Below, one piece after another: positions 37,355-47,067 of a stretch of DNA of 64,000 bases (positions within the stretch are counted from its first letter, which is position 1; every line of letters starts with the position of its first letter). The notes beneath the pieces were generated by a model. The model was not told the DNA's origin. It did no database searches and worked only from the letters and a program-made list of their open reading frames with translations. The translations under genes were made by a program, and so were the position numbers. The DNA is from an uncultured delta proteobacterium (GTDB lineage: Bacteria > Desulfobacterota > Desulfuromonadia > Geobacterales > Geobacteraceae). Where the stretch lies: assembly GCA_963815135.1 (NCBI GenBank), contig CAWFFO010000003.1:59346-123345 (forward strand). The letters run 5' to 3'.

Positions 37355-39268
37355 GTGCCATTGAAGAATAAAATCATATCCGCAGTTGGATCCATAACAT
37401 TGCTCTGTTCTTTGCTGACCCCGGTGGCGGCACTGGCAGCCAAGGGCGTTGTGCTGAACTTCAATGATGTGGACATCTCCACGATGGTTAAATTCATCAG
37501 TGAGCTGACAGGCAAGAATTTTATCATGGATGACAGGGTCAAAGGAAAAATTTCCGTATATTCTCCATCCAAGATAAGCCCGGAAGACGCATTCAATGTC
37601 TTTACTTCCGTCCTCGCCCTGAAGGGTTTCACCACCGTTCCGGCGGGCAAGGTTTACAAAATCGTTCCTACCGCAGGCGCCAAACAGGAAGGAATGAAGA
37701 TTCTTTCGGGGAAGGAAAAAGGGGCGGTAAACGATGCCTATGTCGCAAGGGTCATCGCCTTGCAGAATATTTCATCAACTGAAGCAGTCACATTGCTCCA
37801 GCCTGTTGTTTCCAGGGACGGATACATCGCTTCCTTCGGCCCTTCCAATATGCTTCTGGTGGTGGATTCCGACCTGAATATTCAGAAAATCCTCGGCATC
37901 CTCAATATAGTTGACACCAACCAGAGGCGTGAAGGGGCGGAAATACTTTTTCTCAAGTACGCCACCGCAGAAAATGTAGCCGACGTAATCCGCGAATGGG
38001 CAGGGGCCAGGGAAAAAGGGAGAACGGCCGGACAGTCTGTGACCGTGCCTTCAGGGGCACTCATTGTACCTGACAGCAGGCTAAACGCCCTGATAATCTT
38101 CGGCGGGGACAAGGAAAAGGAAGATATCAAGAAACTCATCGCCATGGTTGATGTTCCCTCCCCCACTTCCAGCAGCAAGATAAATGTTTATTACCTGGAG
38201 AATGCGGATGCAACCGATGCCGCCAAGGTGCTGGACAGTGTCGTGAAGGGATCGACCGCCACTGCGCAAACCGGGCAACAGGCCGGAGCAGCGGCACAGC
38301 AGTCTGCCTTTGAAAGCGGCAAAATCACCATAACTCCTGACAAGGCCACCAACTCGCTGGTCATAATGGCATCTCCGGCCGACTATCAGAACCTGCTCCA
38401 GGTGATTCAAAAACTGGACAAACGCCGCCGCCAGGTATTCGTCCAGGCGGTAATCGCCGAGATATCACTGGATAAACTCAAGGATATCGGAAACCAGCTG
38501 GGCGTTGCGGGTGGCGCCGTGAAAGGCGATGTAGCTACTGCAGGCGTGTTCGACCCGTTCAACATCCTCGGACAATCAACCCCCCAGCAGGCGGCAATAA
38601 TATCTGCGCTCGGGACCCTGGGAAGCGTCAGGATCGGGGCAAATTTGAACGCACTGTTTTCGAACGGCACGGTCAATGTCCTTTCCACCCCCACCATAAT
38701 GACTTCAGACAACAAGGAAGCGGAAATCTTCGTCGGCGAAAACGTGCCCCTTGTTACACAGACCAGTTCTACTTCGATAGCGGTCCAGACATCTGTTGAA
38801 AGAAAAGACGTGGGTATCGACCTGAAAATAACCCCGCAGATCACTGAAGGCGATTACCTGAAGCTCGATATATACCAGGAGATCTCCGCGGTAAAAAGCA
38901 ACAAGGGACAGGCCACCGACCTGGTTACCACAAAGCGGTCGGCAAAGACATCGGTGGTCATAAAAGACAAGGACACAGTTGTAATAGGTGGATTGATCCA
39001 GGACCAGGATAACCAGACCGTAAATAAAATTCCCATACTGGGCGATATACCGCTGCTCGGCTGGTTGTTCAAGACCAAGTCGACTGAAAGAAACAAGACC
39101 AATCTCATTATCCTGCTGACTCCCCGGATCATTAAATCCGCCCGTGATATGGCGGAAGTCTCCGAACAGCAGAAAAATAGTTTCAGCAAGGCGGTGCACA
39201 GCAACAAACCTTTCAATATTGACAGGGAACTGAACACGTCGCATCAGGAGGAAATGAAGCGGCCATAG
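37355..39268 (+). CDS. gspD: Type II secretion system secretin GspD
   Basis: N0-N3 domains plus a secretin domain (VLSTPTIMTSDNKEAEIFVGENVP...VVIGGLI...IPILGDIPLLGWLFK). The start may be TTG 37361, 6 nt after GGAGG. Confidence 0.95.
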   Translation: MPLKNKIISAVGSITLLCSLLTPVAALAAKGVVLNFNDVDISTMVKFISELTGKNFIMDDRVKGKISVYSPSKISPEDAFNVFTSVLALKGFTTVPAGKVYKIVPTAGAKQEGMKILSGKEKGAVNDAYVARVIALQNISSTEAVTLLQPVVSRDGYIASFGPSNMLLVVDSDLNIQKILGILNIVDTNQRREGAEILFLKYATAENVADVIREWAGAREKGRTAGQSVTVPSGALIVPDSRLNALIIFGGDKEKEDIKKLIAMVDVPSPTSSSKINVYYLENADATDAAKVLDSVVKGSTATAQTGQQAGAAAQQSAFESGKITITPDKATNSLVIMASPADYQNLLQVIQKLDKRRRQVFVQAVIAEISLDKLKDIGNQLGVAGGAVKGDVATAGVFDPFNILGQSTPQQAAIISALGTLGSVRIGANLNALFSNGTVNVLSTPTIMTSDNKEAEIFVGENVPLVTQTSSTSIAVQTSVERKDVGIDLKITPQITEGDYLKLDIYQEISAVKSNKGQATDLVTTKRSAKTSVVIKDKDTVVIGGLIQDQDNQTVNKIPILGDIPLLGWLFKTKSTERNKTNLIILLTPRIIKSARDMAEVSEQQKNSFSKAVHSNKPFNIDRELNTSHQEEMKRP

Positions 39269-39332
39269 CTTAAATCCGGATTTGTTCTGCGATTAGATGC
39301 CTGGCCAATATAGCTTTTGCCGGAAGATAACC

Positions 39333-40894
39333 ATGAAAGTACCTTCTCACATAGAATCGATTGCCAAAAAACTCGGACTCCCATTTCTGGACGAGATCAG
39401 CGATAGCCAGGTCGATACCGCGCTCCTGGCACACCTTCCGCTGACTTTTGCCCGAAACAACCTGCTCCTCCCAATGCAGGAAAAAGACGGCAAGATTCTG
39501 GTCGCAACGGGGAATCCCACTAATCTGCTTGCCCTTGATGAATTGCAGGGAATCCTCAGCATGGCGGTACAGCCGGTTGTGACTCTGCCCGAAACCGTGC
39601 TCGAAGCGATAAACAGACTTTATTCCCGCATGTCGAGCTCCGCACAGGATGTGGTACAGGAACTCGAAGGCGAAGACCTCTCCAAGGTAGCCACCGAATT
39701 CAACGAACCGCGCGACCTTCTGGACCTGTCGGATGAAGCACCTGTTATACGGCTTTTGAACTCCATCCTGTTCCAGGCAGTAAAAGAACGGGCAAGCGAT
39801 ATTCACATTGAGCCCTACGAACGGGAGATGGAGGTTCGCTTCAGGATTGACGGCATTCTGTACAATAAACTATCGCCTCCCAAGGTAGTACAGGAAGCGC
39901 TGATATCCAGGGTAAAAATCATGTCCGGTCTCAACATAGCTGAGAAGAGGCTCCCGCAGGACGGAAGGATTCGGGTTGTCGTTGCCGGACGCGAAGTGGA
40001 CATAAGGGTCTCAGTCATACCCACCTTCTTCGGCGAACGGGTCGTGCTCAGGCTCCTGGACAAGAAGAAGGGAGTCCTTTCCCTGGAAGACATCGGTCTG
40101 TCCAAGTCGGGTGTGACCCTCATGGACAGGCTCCTGTCACGCAACAACGGAATCATTCTGGTAACCGGCCCGACCGGGAGCGGCAAGTCCACCACCCTGT
40201 ATGCCGCCTTGAACCACCTCAACTCCTCGGAAAAGAATATCATAACCATAGAAGACCCGATCGAGTACCAGTTGAAAGGCGTTGGCCAGATACAGGTAAA
40301 CCCGAAAATCGACCTGACTTTTGCCAATGGTCTGCGTTCAATTCTGCGCCAGGATCCCGATATCATAATGGTCGGCGAAATTCGTGACGTGGAAACAGCA
40401 GAAATTGCCATCCAGGCCAGTCTTACCGGACACCTGGTGCTGTCGACTTTGCATACCAACGACTCCGCCACGGCAATCGCAAGACTTGTGGATATGGGCA
40501 TTGAGCCGTTTATGGTCGCCTCGTCGCTTTCCGCGGTCCTGGCCCAGCGCCTGATCAGACTGATCTGCCCTCACTGCAGGGAGAAATACGCTCCGGACCG
40601 GGAATACCCGGAATCGAACTGCCCTCCGTATTGTACCGCGGCAGGGGATGCGACAAATGTTTCGGACTCGGGACCATGGGCAGGACGATAATTCATGAAC
40701 TGCTGCCGGTGGATGCCGATATCTGCTCGATGATCATAAAAAGGGAACCGGCAGGTGTCCTGAAAGAGTATGCAATATCGAAGGGCATGAAGACCCTGAG
40801 GGAGGACGGCCTGCTGAAGGCGGCCGCTGGCCTCACGACCATCGAAGAGGTGGTAAGGGTAACCCAGGAGGATTATGCCGACCTTTCGTTATAG
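39333..40894 (+). pseudogene. gspE: Type II secretion ATPase GspE with a single frameshift near the C-terminal zinc-binding region
   Basis: Walker A is GPTGSGKSTT, with Asp/His boxes and CPHC in the 39297 frame. ...GIELPSVLYRGRGCDKCFGLGTMGRTIIHELL... continues in the 40631 frame. The junction lies between about 40591 and 40612 (a C3/G2 run). Confidence 0.85.
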
Positions 40895-42086
40895 CGCATA
40901 CAATGCGTCAGGCGGCCAAGTTACAGGGTCTATCGAGGCGGAAAATGTCCGCGATGCAAGGGCCCGTCTTAAAAAGGACGGCCTCTACCCGCGGATGCTG
41001 ACCGCCAATGATGACACAAATCTCCGCGGTGCAGCCAAGCTTTTTCGACACGGGGTACGCCTGCCGGAAATAGCACTGATGACCCGGAGACTAGCCACCC
41101 TCGCCGGTTCCTCGGTACCGATCTTTGAAGCGATCACAACCCTGTATGAACAGGAGCAGCCGGGAGAGCTGAAGAAGGTCCTCGGACGGGTCAGAGAAAG
41201 ACTGGCGGAAGGGGCTGGCCTTGCCAAGGCCATGGCAGGCGAGCCGGACGTCTTCAGTGAAAGCTACACAAGCATGGTCGCCGCCGGTGAGGCGAGCGGG
41301 GCGCTGGAAACCATCCTTGACCGGCTGGCCGATTTTCTTGAAGACCAGGAAGAGGTCAGGAGCAGGATAATAACTTCCCTTGCATACCCGGTATTGATGG
41401 TTATTGTCGGAACCGGGGTCATGATGTTCCTGCTGGCATTCGTCGTACCTAAAATTGTCGTCATCTTCGAACAGAACAAGGCAGCCCTGCCCCTCATCAC
41501 CATCCTGCTTATAAAAGCGAGCAATCTCGTCCGCCATGGATGGTGGGCACTGCTCACGCTGGGTGCGATTGCCGTGTATATGTACAAAAGGGCGATGAGG
41601 CGGGAAACATTTCGCCTCCGCATGGACACTATGCTGCTCAGGCTCCCCTTGGCCGGACAACTTGTCAGCAAGCTGATCCTTACCCGCTTCGCAAAGGTAC
41701 TCGGTCTTCTGCTGGAAAGCGGCGTACCGATCATCAAGGCGTTGGAGATAACCGGAGAAGTCGCCGTCAACAGAAAATACAAGGAGTTTTTCAGAAACGC
41801 AAGGGAAGAACTCGTCGAAGGCGGAAGCTTGTCGGCTTCCCTGCGTTCATGCCCCCTCTTCCCGCCTCTACTGGTCCATATGGTTGCAGTCGGGGAACGC
41901 GGAGGTAGGCTGGAAGCAATGCTGATGAAAGCCGGAAACGCCTATGAGAAGGAATTCAATTCCTCGATAGCCAGGTTCATGGCGCTGCTGGAGCCGTTGC
42001 TTGTACTGGCCATGGGCCTGGCGGTGGGCTTCGTGGTACTGGCTGTCCTTCTGCCCATATTCCAGATGAACCAGCTTATCAAATGA
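40875..42086 (+). CDS. gspF: Type II secretion inner-membrane platform protein GspF
   Basis: 403 aa with two T2SSF repeats, MPTFRYSAYNASGGQVTGSIEA...GEASGALE...GERGGRLE. Confidence 0.95.
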   Translation: MPTFRYSAYNASGGQVTGSIEAENVRDARARLKKDGLYPRMLTANDDTNLRGAAKLFRHGVRLPEIALMTRRLATLAGSSVPIFEAITTLYEQEQPGELKKVLGRVRERLAEGAGLAKAMAGEPDVFSESYTSMVAAGEASGALETILDRLADFLEDQEEVRSRIITSLAYPVLMVIVGTGVMMFLLAFVVPKIVVIFEQNKAALPLITILLIKASNLVRHGWWALLTLGAIAVYMYKRAMRRETFRLRMDTMLLRLPLAGQLVSKLILTRFAKVLGLLLESGVPIIKALEITGEVAVNRKYKEFFRNAREELVEGGSLSASLRSCPLFPPLLVHMVAVGERGGRLEAMLMKAGNAYEKEFNSSIARFMALLEPLLVLAMGLAVGFVVLAVLLPIFQMNQLIK

Positions 42087-42174
42087 TCCGGCTCCGCTCA
42101 CCAGAGCGGACACCGGTAAAGAAAGTCAAACAAGTCAAAAGAACTGACTCACAAGCAGTATGGAGGTATTCAAA

Positions 42175-42618
42175 ATGAAAGCGTTTCCAAGAAACAACCG
42201 TGGTTTTACTCTCATAGAAATTATGGTCGTCATAGTAATCCTGAGCATTCTGGCCATCCTCGTGGCGCCGAAAATCATCGGCCGTACCGATGACGCCAGG
42301 ATCACCGATGCAAAGGTCCAGATCAGAAACCTTGAGAGCGGACTTAAACTGTACAAGCTGGACAATGCAAACTTCCCGACCACCGAGCAGGGGCTCCAGG
42401 CTCTGGTGACAAAACCGACCACCGGACAGATCCCGAAAAATTATCGCGACGGCGGCTATCTTGAAAGCAATTCTGTCCCGAAGGATCCCTGGGGCAATGA
42501 TTTTGTCTATATATCGCCCGGTGAACATGGCGACTATGACCTTTATTCCTATGGCGCAGACGGCGTCAAGGGGGGCGACGGCAAGGATTCCGATATCGAA
42601 AGCTGGAACATGCGCTGA
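42175..42618 (+). CDS. gspG: Major pseudopilin GspG
   Basis: Prepilin leader and cleavage motif MKAFPRNNRGFTLIEIMVVIVIL, plus the GspG core LPKDPWGNDFVYISPGEHGDYDLYSYGADG. Confidence 0.95.
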   Translation: MKAFPRNNRGFTLIEIMVVIVILSILAILVAPKIIGRTDDARITDAKVQIRNLESGLKLYKLDNANFPTTEQGLQALVTKPTTGQIPKNYRDGGYLESNSVPKDPWGNDFVYISPGEHGDYDLYSYGADGVKGGDGKDSDIESWNMR

Positions 42619-42692
42619 CAGACTGCAAGGGATATCCGCGTATACAAGAATTTTCTGCAGTTTGTGTGTTCAAATACAGCTTCAAGTATCTT

Positions 42693-42763
42693 TTTTCCAT
42701 ATTCCCGGCAGCCTGCGAACTTCCCGGAATATGGAAAATCAGGATTCCCGCTTACGCGGGAAT
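42693..42763 (+). promoter_or_regulatory. Two consecutive stem-loops between gspG and gspH, a possible intra-operon attenuator or RNA-stabilising element
   Basis: Hairpin 1 pairs TTTTCCATATTCC (42693-42705) with GGAATATGGAAAA (42726-42738). Hairpin 2 is ATTCCCGC-TTAC-GCGGGAAT (42744-42763). Both are built from ATTCCCG-type half-sites. Confidence 0.4.
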
Positions 42764-42789
42764 AACTATTTACGCCCCGATACCGCATT

Positions 42790-43326
42790 ATGAAAGAACG
42801 CAATATTAGCTTTATAACTTATCATCGCACTGACAGCGGTTTCACCCTGATTGAGCTGATGGTAATTATCGTAATCCTGTCCGTTGTTGCCTTGCTGGTC
42901 TTCCCGAATCTGTCCAACAACGGCAACGCTGATCTTCGTTCGTCGGCCCGTTCTGTCGCCGCATCGCTGCGCTACCTTGAAGACAAGGCCGTCACCACGA
43001 AGACCGCTTACAGGATGAATATAGACATGGACAATTCATCAATCCAGGTTAACAGGATATTGCCGGATGGAAACGAACAGCCCGATGATGATGTTTTCTT
43101 CAGCGGAAAACTGCTGGCCGAGGATATCACCATAGCCGACGTGATTACATCCCGTCTGGGGAAGGTTTCCATCGGCGATGTGCAGCTCGATTTCACCCCC
43201 ACGGGGCTTCGGGAACTCGCGACAATACATCTCCGCTCGAAGAATGACCGGTTTTATACCGTGAGGGCATACCCCCGCAACAACAGGGTAAAGGTTTTCG
43301 AAAATTACAGCGGGGGGTCAATGTGA
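42790..43326 (+). CDS. gspH: Minor pseudopilin GspH-like
   Basis: Prepilin-type N-terminus SGFTLIELMVIIVILSVVALLVFP. Assigned from its position in the cluster. Confidence 0.7.
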   Translation: MKERNISFITYHRTDSGFTLIELMVIIVILSVVALLVFPNLSNNGNADLRSSARSVAASLRYLEDKAVTTKTAYRMNIDMDNSSIQVNRILPDGNEQPDDDVFFSGKLLAEDITIADVITSRLGKVSIGDVQLDFTPTGLRELATIHLRSKNDRFYTVRAYPRNNRVKVFENYSGGSM

Positions 43327-43670
43327 AGGGATTTACCCTGCTGGAAGTAATGATCGCCCTGGCTATCATGGCCGGTGTGGTCCTGACGGTCATCTCGTCG
43401 ATAAATTACCATCTTTCCATTGCAACGCGAGACCAGGAGGAAACCGTGGCTCTCCTTCTCGCCGGCTCCAAACTGGAAGATATCGAACTGACACAGAAAG
43501 ACGACCTGAAAACCGTTCAGGACGGAACATTTGCCCCGGAACATCCGGATATTTCATGGAAGGCCGAAGTCACCCCGACGCCGATCACCTTTTTCAGGAA
43601 ACTGACCCTCACGGTAACATGGGGAAATGATAAGAGGACCCTTTCGCTTGTCCACTATGTCGCCAAATAA
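43323..43670 (+). CDS. gspI: Minor pseudopilin GspI
   Basis: MKGFTLLEVMIALAIMAGVVL. The 115-aa size and position fit GspI. Confidence 0.75.
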   Translation: MKGFTLLEVMIALAIMAGVVLTVISSINYHLSIATRDQEETVALLLAGSKLEDIELTQKDDLKTVQDGTFAPEHPDISWKAEVTPTPITFFRKLTLTVTWGNDKRTLSLVHYVAK

Positions 43671-44262
43671 AGGTTTCACCCTCCTGGAAGTCCTTATCGC
43701 CCTGATGCTGATGGCGATCTTGACCGGAGCCCTGTACGGCACTTATTTTACCGCCATAAAAAGCCGGGACAGGGCAACTGCTCAAATGGAGCCCCTTCGT
43801 GACGTAAGGGGTACACTGGACATGCTTCGCAGGGAAATCGACTCTGCCTTCTACAGCAGCAGCAACAAGAGACTTCATTTCGTGGTCGAAGACCGGGACA
43901 TATTCGGCAAGCCTGCTTCAACCCTTGACTTAACCACCTTTACGACGCCCCTGGCCGGCGCCGTCCCGTCTTCCGATGTGATCGAAGTCCGTTATGAACC
44001 GTCGGAAAAGGAAAGGAATATGCTTTTGAATCGGCAGGAGAAGGACATCTACCTGGAAAACCAGCCTGTCTCCTATCCGCAGATCGACGAAATCCAGGGA
44101 TTTCTGGTGGAGTGTTACAACGGCAGCTCGTGGGTGAAAAGCTGGGATACAGCCCTGAACCACACCCTTCCCCAGGCCGTGAGGGTTACCATATCCATTC
44201 AGGATGGAGATAAAACTTCCGATTACTCTGTTACTACCGTCCCGCGAACGAGGGACCGGTGA
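43657..44262 (+). CDS. gspJ: Minor pseudopilin GspJ
   Basis: MSPNKGFTLLEVLIALMLMAIL from ATG 43657. Assigned from size and position. Confidence 0.7.
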   Translation: MSPNKGFTLLEVLIALMLMAILTGALYGTYFTAIKSRDRATAQMEPLRDVRGTLDMLRREIDSAFYSSSNKRLHFVVEDRDIFGKPASTLDLTTFTTPLAGAVPSSDVIEVRYEPSEKERNMLLNRQEKDIYLENQPVSYPQIDEIQGFLVECYNGSSWVKSWDTALNHTLPQAVRVTISIQDGDKTSDYSVTTVPRTRDR

Positions 44263-45188
44263 AAAAGGAACACGGGTTTGCCCTTGTCATAACACTGATC
44301 GTCACCGCCCTGCTGGTGGCCGTGGCCGTCGAGTTCATTCGCGAGGTTTACGTGGAGAACTCGTTGAGCAGGAGTTACGCCGATGGAAAGCAGGCATCCC
44401 TGATGGCGGATTCCGGGGTATATGGCGGGATGAAGCTGCTGCAGACGATTCTGCCCGGCCAGACTTACAGTTCACTGCTCGACAGGTGGGCACAACCCAT
44501 CGAACTGGACGATGAGAAGGGCAGTCTCAGGGTCGACATTACCGATGAAAGCGGCAAATTGAACCTGAACTCGATTGTATATCCCAATGGAGACATTAGG
44601 GAGCCTTTTTTCAGTATAGCCTTGAGACTGCTTCATCAACAGAAACTCCCGGCCGATCTGCTCGATGCAACGGTGGACTGGATAGATGAAAATGACGATC
44701 CGCGTCCCGGAGGAGCCGAATCTCATTACTACAAATCGCTTCCGGTCCCGTATGAGGCGAAAAACGGTGCGCTGGATACTTTTGACGAATTGAGAATGGT
44801 CAAGGGATTCGACGATAAGACGCTGAATGCCATTCGCCCTTTTATGACGGTATATGGCGACTCATCGGGCATGCAACCGAGCCTGATAAACATCAATACC
44901 GCTCCTCCCGAAGTACTTGCAGCTTTGGATGATGACATGACCGGAACGCTGGTCGACCGGATACTTGAATACCGTAAAACCACTCCTTTCAAAAACAACT
45001 CGGATATCTTCAAGATACCCGGCATGGAGACACTCGGCCAGAAATTGGGCATATTAACGATAGGGGTAAAAGGTACCGTTTACCGTATCACTTCACAGGC
45101 CACGGTAAACGGCACAATCCGTATAGTCGAAGCACTGGTGCGTACTGACGGATTGACGCCCGTAATTCTCTACTGGAGAGAAATGTAA
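44259..45188 (+). CDS. gspK: Minor pseudopilin GspK
   Basis: The N-terminus GFALVITLIVTALLVAVAVEF lacks the conserved Glu5 context. The helix-hairpin-helix-like INTAPPEVLAAL is typical of GspK. Confidence 0.8.
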   Translation: MKKEHGFALVITLIVTALLVAVAVEFIREVYVENSLSRSYADGKQASLMADSGVYGGMKLLQTILPGQTYSSLLDRWAQPIELDDEKGSLRVDITDESGKLNLNSIVYPNGDIREPFFSIALRLLHQQKLPADLLDATVDWIDENDDPRPGGAESHYYKSLPVPYEAKNGALDTFDELRMVKGFDDKTLNAIRPFMTVYGDSSGMQPSLININTAPPEVLAALDDDMTGTLVDRILEYRKTTPFKNNSDIFKIPGMETLGQKLGILTIGVKGTVYRITSQATVNGTIRIVEALVRTDGLTPVILYWREM

Positions 45189-46522
45189 TGGATATTCTTA
45201 TACTTGAAGAAAACTGTCGGTCCATACGTATTGTTCGCTTCCGGGTAAAAGGCGGTTCTCTTTCCTTTCTGGACATGGACCGGTTTCACCTGGTGGATGA
45301 GGAAAATTTCGACACGCTTTGCAAAAAACTTGCTACCGACGATGAAGTTAAAGAGAAAGTTATACTTTCACTTCATCCCGCCACTTTTTTTTACCGCGAG
45401 ATGGAATTACCCATCAGCGACAGGCGCAGGATAAGGGAAATACTTCCCCTGGAACTGAAGGGGGAAACAGCAGTCGACACTGAAGAATCGATATTCGAAT
45501 CGCTACCCATGGATGGCGGAAAACATCTGGTCACCTGGGGAAGCAGGAAGGGCATTTCCACACAAATCGAATATCTGGCCCAGAATGATCTTGAGCCCCA
45601 GATAGTAACCTCCGCACCGTTTCAATGGCAGTCCCTGATCCCCGCTTCAACCGGTACATACGTTGCCCTGTCGGACGGGACGGCCCTTTCTGTCTACAAT
45701 AACCGCGAACTGGTATATTTCAGGGCAATCTCCGAAGAGGAAACGGGTATTGAAATAGAGAAAACCCTTGCGGCTCTGGAATGCGGCAAAGGGATAAAAG
45801 TGGAACAGGTTTATCTGTTTGGCGAGGCGGTTGACAAGTGCGCAGAATTATTTTCGCCGGCAGTCTCCAAAAACACGATTTTTTTGAAACTTCCCCTCGA
45901 AGAAAAAGTTTTGCAAACGTTCGGCGGAAATTCGGATACTGCGATCTTGCTGGCAGGAATATGGGCACTTGCTGACGCCTCCGTTTCCGGATCGCCTGTC
46001 AATTTCCGATACGGAGATATGGCATTTACCGCAGGTTTTGCCAGAACCTGGAAAAAATGGCGCATTACCGCAATCCTTGCCTCCCTCGTCTTGCTTCTTC
46101 TGCTTGTTGAAACTGGAGCGCGTTATTTCATGGTAAAAAAAGACCTTGATTCGCTCAACAAATCGATCAGCTCCATCTATCACGAAGTGTTTCCCAACCG
46201 CAAGAAAGCCGTGGATGAAGTTGCGGAGCTTAAATCGGAAATAAAGGGGATGGGAGGGTATGACAAGGATCAAAACATTCTCGATGCAATGAAAAAAATC
46301 GCTGAAATAAAGGGCGACGGAATAAATGGTTTCTATGAGAGCGAATTCGAGGGGGACCAGGTGAGGTTGAAAGGCGATGCAGACTCATTTCAGGCGGTAA
46401 ATGATTTCAAGACTCGTACCGGTTCTCTTTTTGCCACTGCGGAGGTGGGCGAAATAAAGTCAAAACCGGGCGGAGGAGTTTCTTTCTCTTTCCATGGTAC
46501 ACTTCGGGAGGCGGACAAATGA
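45188..46522 (+). CDS. gspL: GspL-like assembly protein: cytoplasmic actin-like domain, one TM and a periplasmic domain
   Basis: 444 aa with a single TM WRITAILASLVLLLLLV near residue 300. Assigned from its position between gspK and gspM. No strong motif was recognised. Confidence 0.6.
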   Translation: MDILILEENCRSIRIVRFRVKGGSLSFLDMDRFHLVDEENFDTLCKKLATDDEVKEKVILSLHPATFFYREMELPISDRRRIREILPLELKGETAVDTEESIFESLPMDGGKHLVTWGSRKGISTQIEYLAQNDLEPQIVTSAPFQWQSLIPASTGTYVALSDGTALSVYNNRELVYFRAISEEETGIEIEKTLAALECGKGIKVEQVYLFGEAVDKCAELFSPAVSKNTIFLKLPLEEKVLQTFGGNSDTAILLAGIWALADASVSGSPVNFRYGDMAFTAGFARTWKKWRITAILASLVLLLLLVETGARYFMVKKDLDSLNKSISSIYHEVFPNRKKAVDEVAELKSEIKGMGGYDKDQNILDAMKKIAEIKGDGINGFYESEFEGDQVRLKGDADSFQAVNDFKTRTGSLFATAEVGEIKSKPGGGVSFSFHGTLREADK

Positions 46523-47067
46523 AATACGTGACTCCTCTGATCGAATGGGTGCAAAATCTGGACAGGCATACACGGATGTATCTGGGAGCAGTGGTCTCGA
46601 TCCTGCTTCTGGTTGCCATAATCCTGTTCACGGTAAATGCCATGACAGCCTCTCTTTCCCGAAAGCGCGAATCCCGGGAAGATGACCTTGTCCAGATGAT
46701 GACCCTCAAACAGCGCTGGCTCTCCGCAAGAATGCTTACCCAGAGATTCAGCAACCGGCTGGCCTCGGCCCACGCTGACGATTCGCCGGCCAAGATCATA
46801 GAAGAGATCGGCATTAAGGGCAAATCCAGTAGTATAACCCCGGTTAAAGGCGAGCAAAACGGGCGATTTGTCGAAGACGCAGCCGACGTGAAACTTGAGT
46901 CTCTCACGGCTAACGAAGCGGTGAATCTCATTTACCGCCTGGAAAACGGGACGCGTCCGGTTATCATCAAAAGAGCCTTGTTCAAAACCCGCTTCGACGA
47001 CGCCTCCAAACTCGATCTCACCCTGACCCTAGCACTTCTCAAACCTTCTCCACAGGGGAAACAATGA
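46519..47067 (+). CDS. gspM: GspM-like protein
   Basis: 182 aa with an N-terminal TM YLGAVVSILLLVAIILF. The gene overlaps both neighbours by 4 nt. Assignment is by position. Confidence 0.55.
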   Translation: MKYVTPLIEWVQNLDRHTRMYLGAVVSILLLVAIILFTVNAMTASLSRKRESREDDLVQMMTLKQRWLSARMLTQRFSNRLASAHADDSPAKIIEEIGIKGKSSSITPVKGEQNGRFVEDAADVKLESLTANEAVNLIYRLENGTRPVIIKRALFKTRFDDASKLDLTLTLALLKPSPQGKQ

